From contig NC_135830.1 in NCBI RefSeq assembly GCF_964213995.1, forward strand, positions 1,612,001-1,676,000: a DNA stretch of 64,000 nt, given 5' to 3'. This DNA is from Mustelus asterias (Eukaryota). Below, piece after piece: positions 61,983 through 64,000 of this stretch; the first letter of the stretch is position 1; the number at the start of each line of letters is the position of its first letter. The position numbers and the translations under genes were made by a program. The notes beneath the pieces were generated by a model. That model was not told the DNA's origin, made no database searches, and worked only from the letters and a program-made list of their open reading frames with translations.

Positions 61983-62330
61983 AGGGCGGCACAGCGGCAC
62001 AGTTGTCAGCACTGCTGCCTCACAGCGTCAGGGACCTTGGCTTAGATTCCCAGCTTGGGTCACTGTCTGTGTGGATTTCGTACGTTCTCCCTGTGTCTGC
62101 GTGGATTTCCTCCGGGTGCTCCGGCTTCGTCCCACAGTCCAAAGATGTGCGGGTTAGGTACATTGGTCATGCTAAATTGCCCATTCGTGTCCCTGGATGC
62201 ATAGGTTTTAGGGATTAACGAGGTAGATATGTGGGATTACGGGGTAGGGCCTAGGTGGGATTGTTGTCGATTCAGGCTCGATGGGCCTAATGGCCTAGTT
62301 TTGCACTGTAGGTGTTCTGTGATTCTATGA
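61983..62330 (+). mobile_element. HE1-like V-SINE type 1
   Basis: Full head, V-domain and tail. Confidence 0.85.
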
Positions 62331-62420
62331 ATTAATCAGCCATCAACAAAATATTTGAGACAAAACATCTGAACGAGAAAACAGCGAAAAGACATGTTAT
62401 ATCTTCGTAATTCAATAAAT

Positions 62421-62614
62421 CTCAAAACACGAGGTTGAAGTCCAAGAGGTTTATTTGGTAGCACGAGCTTTTGGAAGGCTGCCTCTTCACCAGGTGAATC
62501 AGGGGCAGCGCTCCGAAAGCTCGCGCTACCAAATAAACCTGTTGGTCTTTAACCTGGTGTTGTGAGACTTCTTACTGTGCCTACCCCAGCCCAACGCCGG
62601 CATCTCCACATCAT
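62421..62614. mobile_element. Penelope-like fold-back element
   Basis: Inverted pLTR halves (...ggtttatttggtagcacgagct / agctcgcgctaccaaataaacc...) ending in catctccacatcat. TSD not clear. Confidence 0.75.
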
Positions 62615-63100
62615 TTCTAAATTCAGTGCAGATATTATTAGTAAAGCCTTAGATATTTTGCTCGCCAGTAAACTACCTAATTGTATGAGGTAATTAGCGC
62701 TTAATTAATTAAGAGCAATAATATATTGCAAGTTATTTTAATTACTAGTTAGTTGTCTTGTTAGCCGACTTCGACCCCACGTAAAAACATTTTTTCTAGT
62801 TTTCAATAATTCGAAAGTTTGTTTCTGCCTGTCAATTTGTGAAATATTTGGAACTCAATTCGGTCAACATGACCTATCGTCTTAAATATAAAGTTCAAAT
62901 CATTATTCAGATGCGCATATTATTTTTACGTAAATTTGATTCCACTTTAGTGTTGAACTTGTGCTCCAACTGCCCTGTTTGAAACAACTGAAGTGGTAAA
63001 ATATGCAAATTTCTGAAAACACTTTAAAATCATAAATTCCAACGATTGTCAGCAAGCAATTCACGTGATGATTTGAATGGTTTTTATACTGTCGTGTTTA

Positions 63101-63318
63101 TATGCGGAGATGCCGGCGTTGGACTGGGGTAAACACAGTAAGGAGTCTAACAACACCAGGTTAAGGTCGAACAGGTTTATTTGGTAGTAAACGCCACTCG
63201 CTTTCCGAGCGCTGTTCCTTCGTCGGTGAGTGGGAGAGCAGCGCTCCGAAAGCTAGTGGCGTTTGCTACCAAATAAACCTGTTGGACTTAACCTGGTGTT
63301 GTTAGACTCCTTACTGAG
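63101..63318. mobile_element. Penelope-like fold-back element
   Basis: Same architecture. Flanking direct repeat gtttatatgc at 63096-63105 and 63318-63327. Confidence 0.78.
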
Positions 63319-64000
63319 TTTATATGCCGCCATAACTCAAAACTACCTATGTAAATAAATACAATCGTTGGCAGGTTGTGGTCAATAAAAGTGGTTCTAT
63401 ATATAATGACAAGGCAATCTCTATAACCTAATAATATATTTAATTCAATCAGATTCAAATTAATTCTCCTGCAACATAATGAGAACAATTCGCTCAGATT
63501 ATCTATAACATGGAAACAGAATCAGTAACAGAAGTGTGATTTTGTTGGTTAATGTCACATTTCATAAAAAAATAAGCATCATGCTCATAGATAATCAGTT
63601 CATTTATTCATTGAGATTTTCTCCCCATAATTCTATCCTGTGTACAGTACATCCATTGGAGAGAGGATGTTGCTATTAAGTGCAAAACTAATATTAACCT
63701 TTTGCAATTAAATGTACCTGTTTGAATTTTAAGCTTATGCTTGTTATGTGCAGTTTGTAACTTCTTACACATGAAATAAAAGCACACGAGCAATCCATTC
63801 ACTGTCAGCGTTTCCACCTCTCGGACAATGTTTACCATTACTGTAGGGACAATTATCCCGCTATCAAACTGCAGATGACATTGAATGGATATTTTAACTG
63901 TGGCTGCATGGAAAAGATGTCATAACCGGAAACATATATTGCCGAAATTCACTAAATAAAATACTGATTTAATTGAATGCAAACTTAATCACGGATAGAA

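Larger units (their letters stand above)
54949..64000 (-). other. J-C intron of the IgM cluster (V, D, J lie beyond the window)
   Basis: Lies upstream of the CH1 acceptor. No WGxG J segment, RSS-flanked D or V exon recognised by eye. Confidence 0.7.

Noticed and set aside
54949-64000. JH segment, D segments or RSS
   Set aside because: No WGxGT-coding segment with a donor and no convincing heptamer-spacer-nonamer found by eye. The cacagtg hits I noticed in the window are mostly SINE heads.
1-64000. CRISPR array or prokaryotic system
   Set aside because: Vertebrate DNA with spliceosomal introns; no regularly spaced repeat-spacer array.

Overview
This is eukaryotic, repeat-rich genomic DNA from a cartilaginous fish (shark), judged from the HE1-type V-SINEs, CR1/HER1-type LINEs and shark-type IgM sequence. 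The minus strand carries the complete constant region of one IgM heavy-chain cluster: CH1 54649-54948, CH2 54130-54447, CH3 52475-52783, CH4 plus secretory tail 49157-49539, TM1 42743-42870 and TM2 42570-42602. All six exons are open and have phase-compatible GT/AG sites. About 9 kb of J-C intron follows, and I found no V, D or J segment in the window. Both C-termini of this mu gene are unusual. The secretory tailpiece stops one codon before its polymerisation cysteine (DTVN-TAA-TGT), and the membrane form reads through the expected VK-stop to give a Tyr-containing tail (N-VKWSVDFYIS). About 1 kb upstream of CH1 is a 1.2-kb strand-asymmetric degenerate repeat with many WGCW motifs, at the position a switch region would occupy. 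Two intron-retaining tRNA pseudogenes (Pro, Ile-UAU) bracket the C region. Downstream is a small array of two-exon GPR139-like class A GPCR genes: one intact 325-aa gene, one frameshifted pseudogene and one orphan first exon with a stop. The rest is HE1-like SINEs with two different 3' tails, nested CR1 LINEs, Rex1/Babar-like tails, and five Penelope-derived fold-back elements with minimal hammerhead motifs, four of them with clear TSDs. All comparisons to known proteins and elements are from memory; no search was run.
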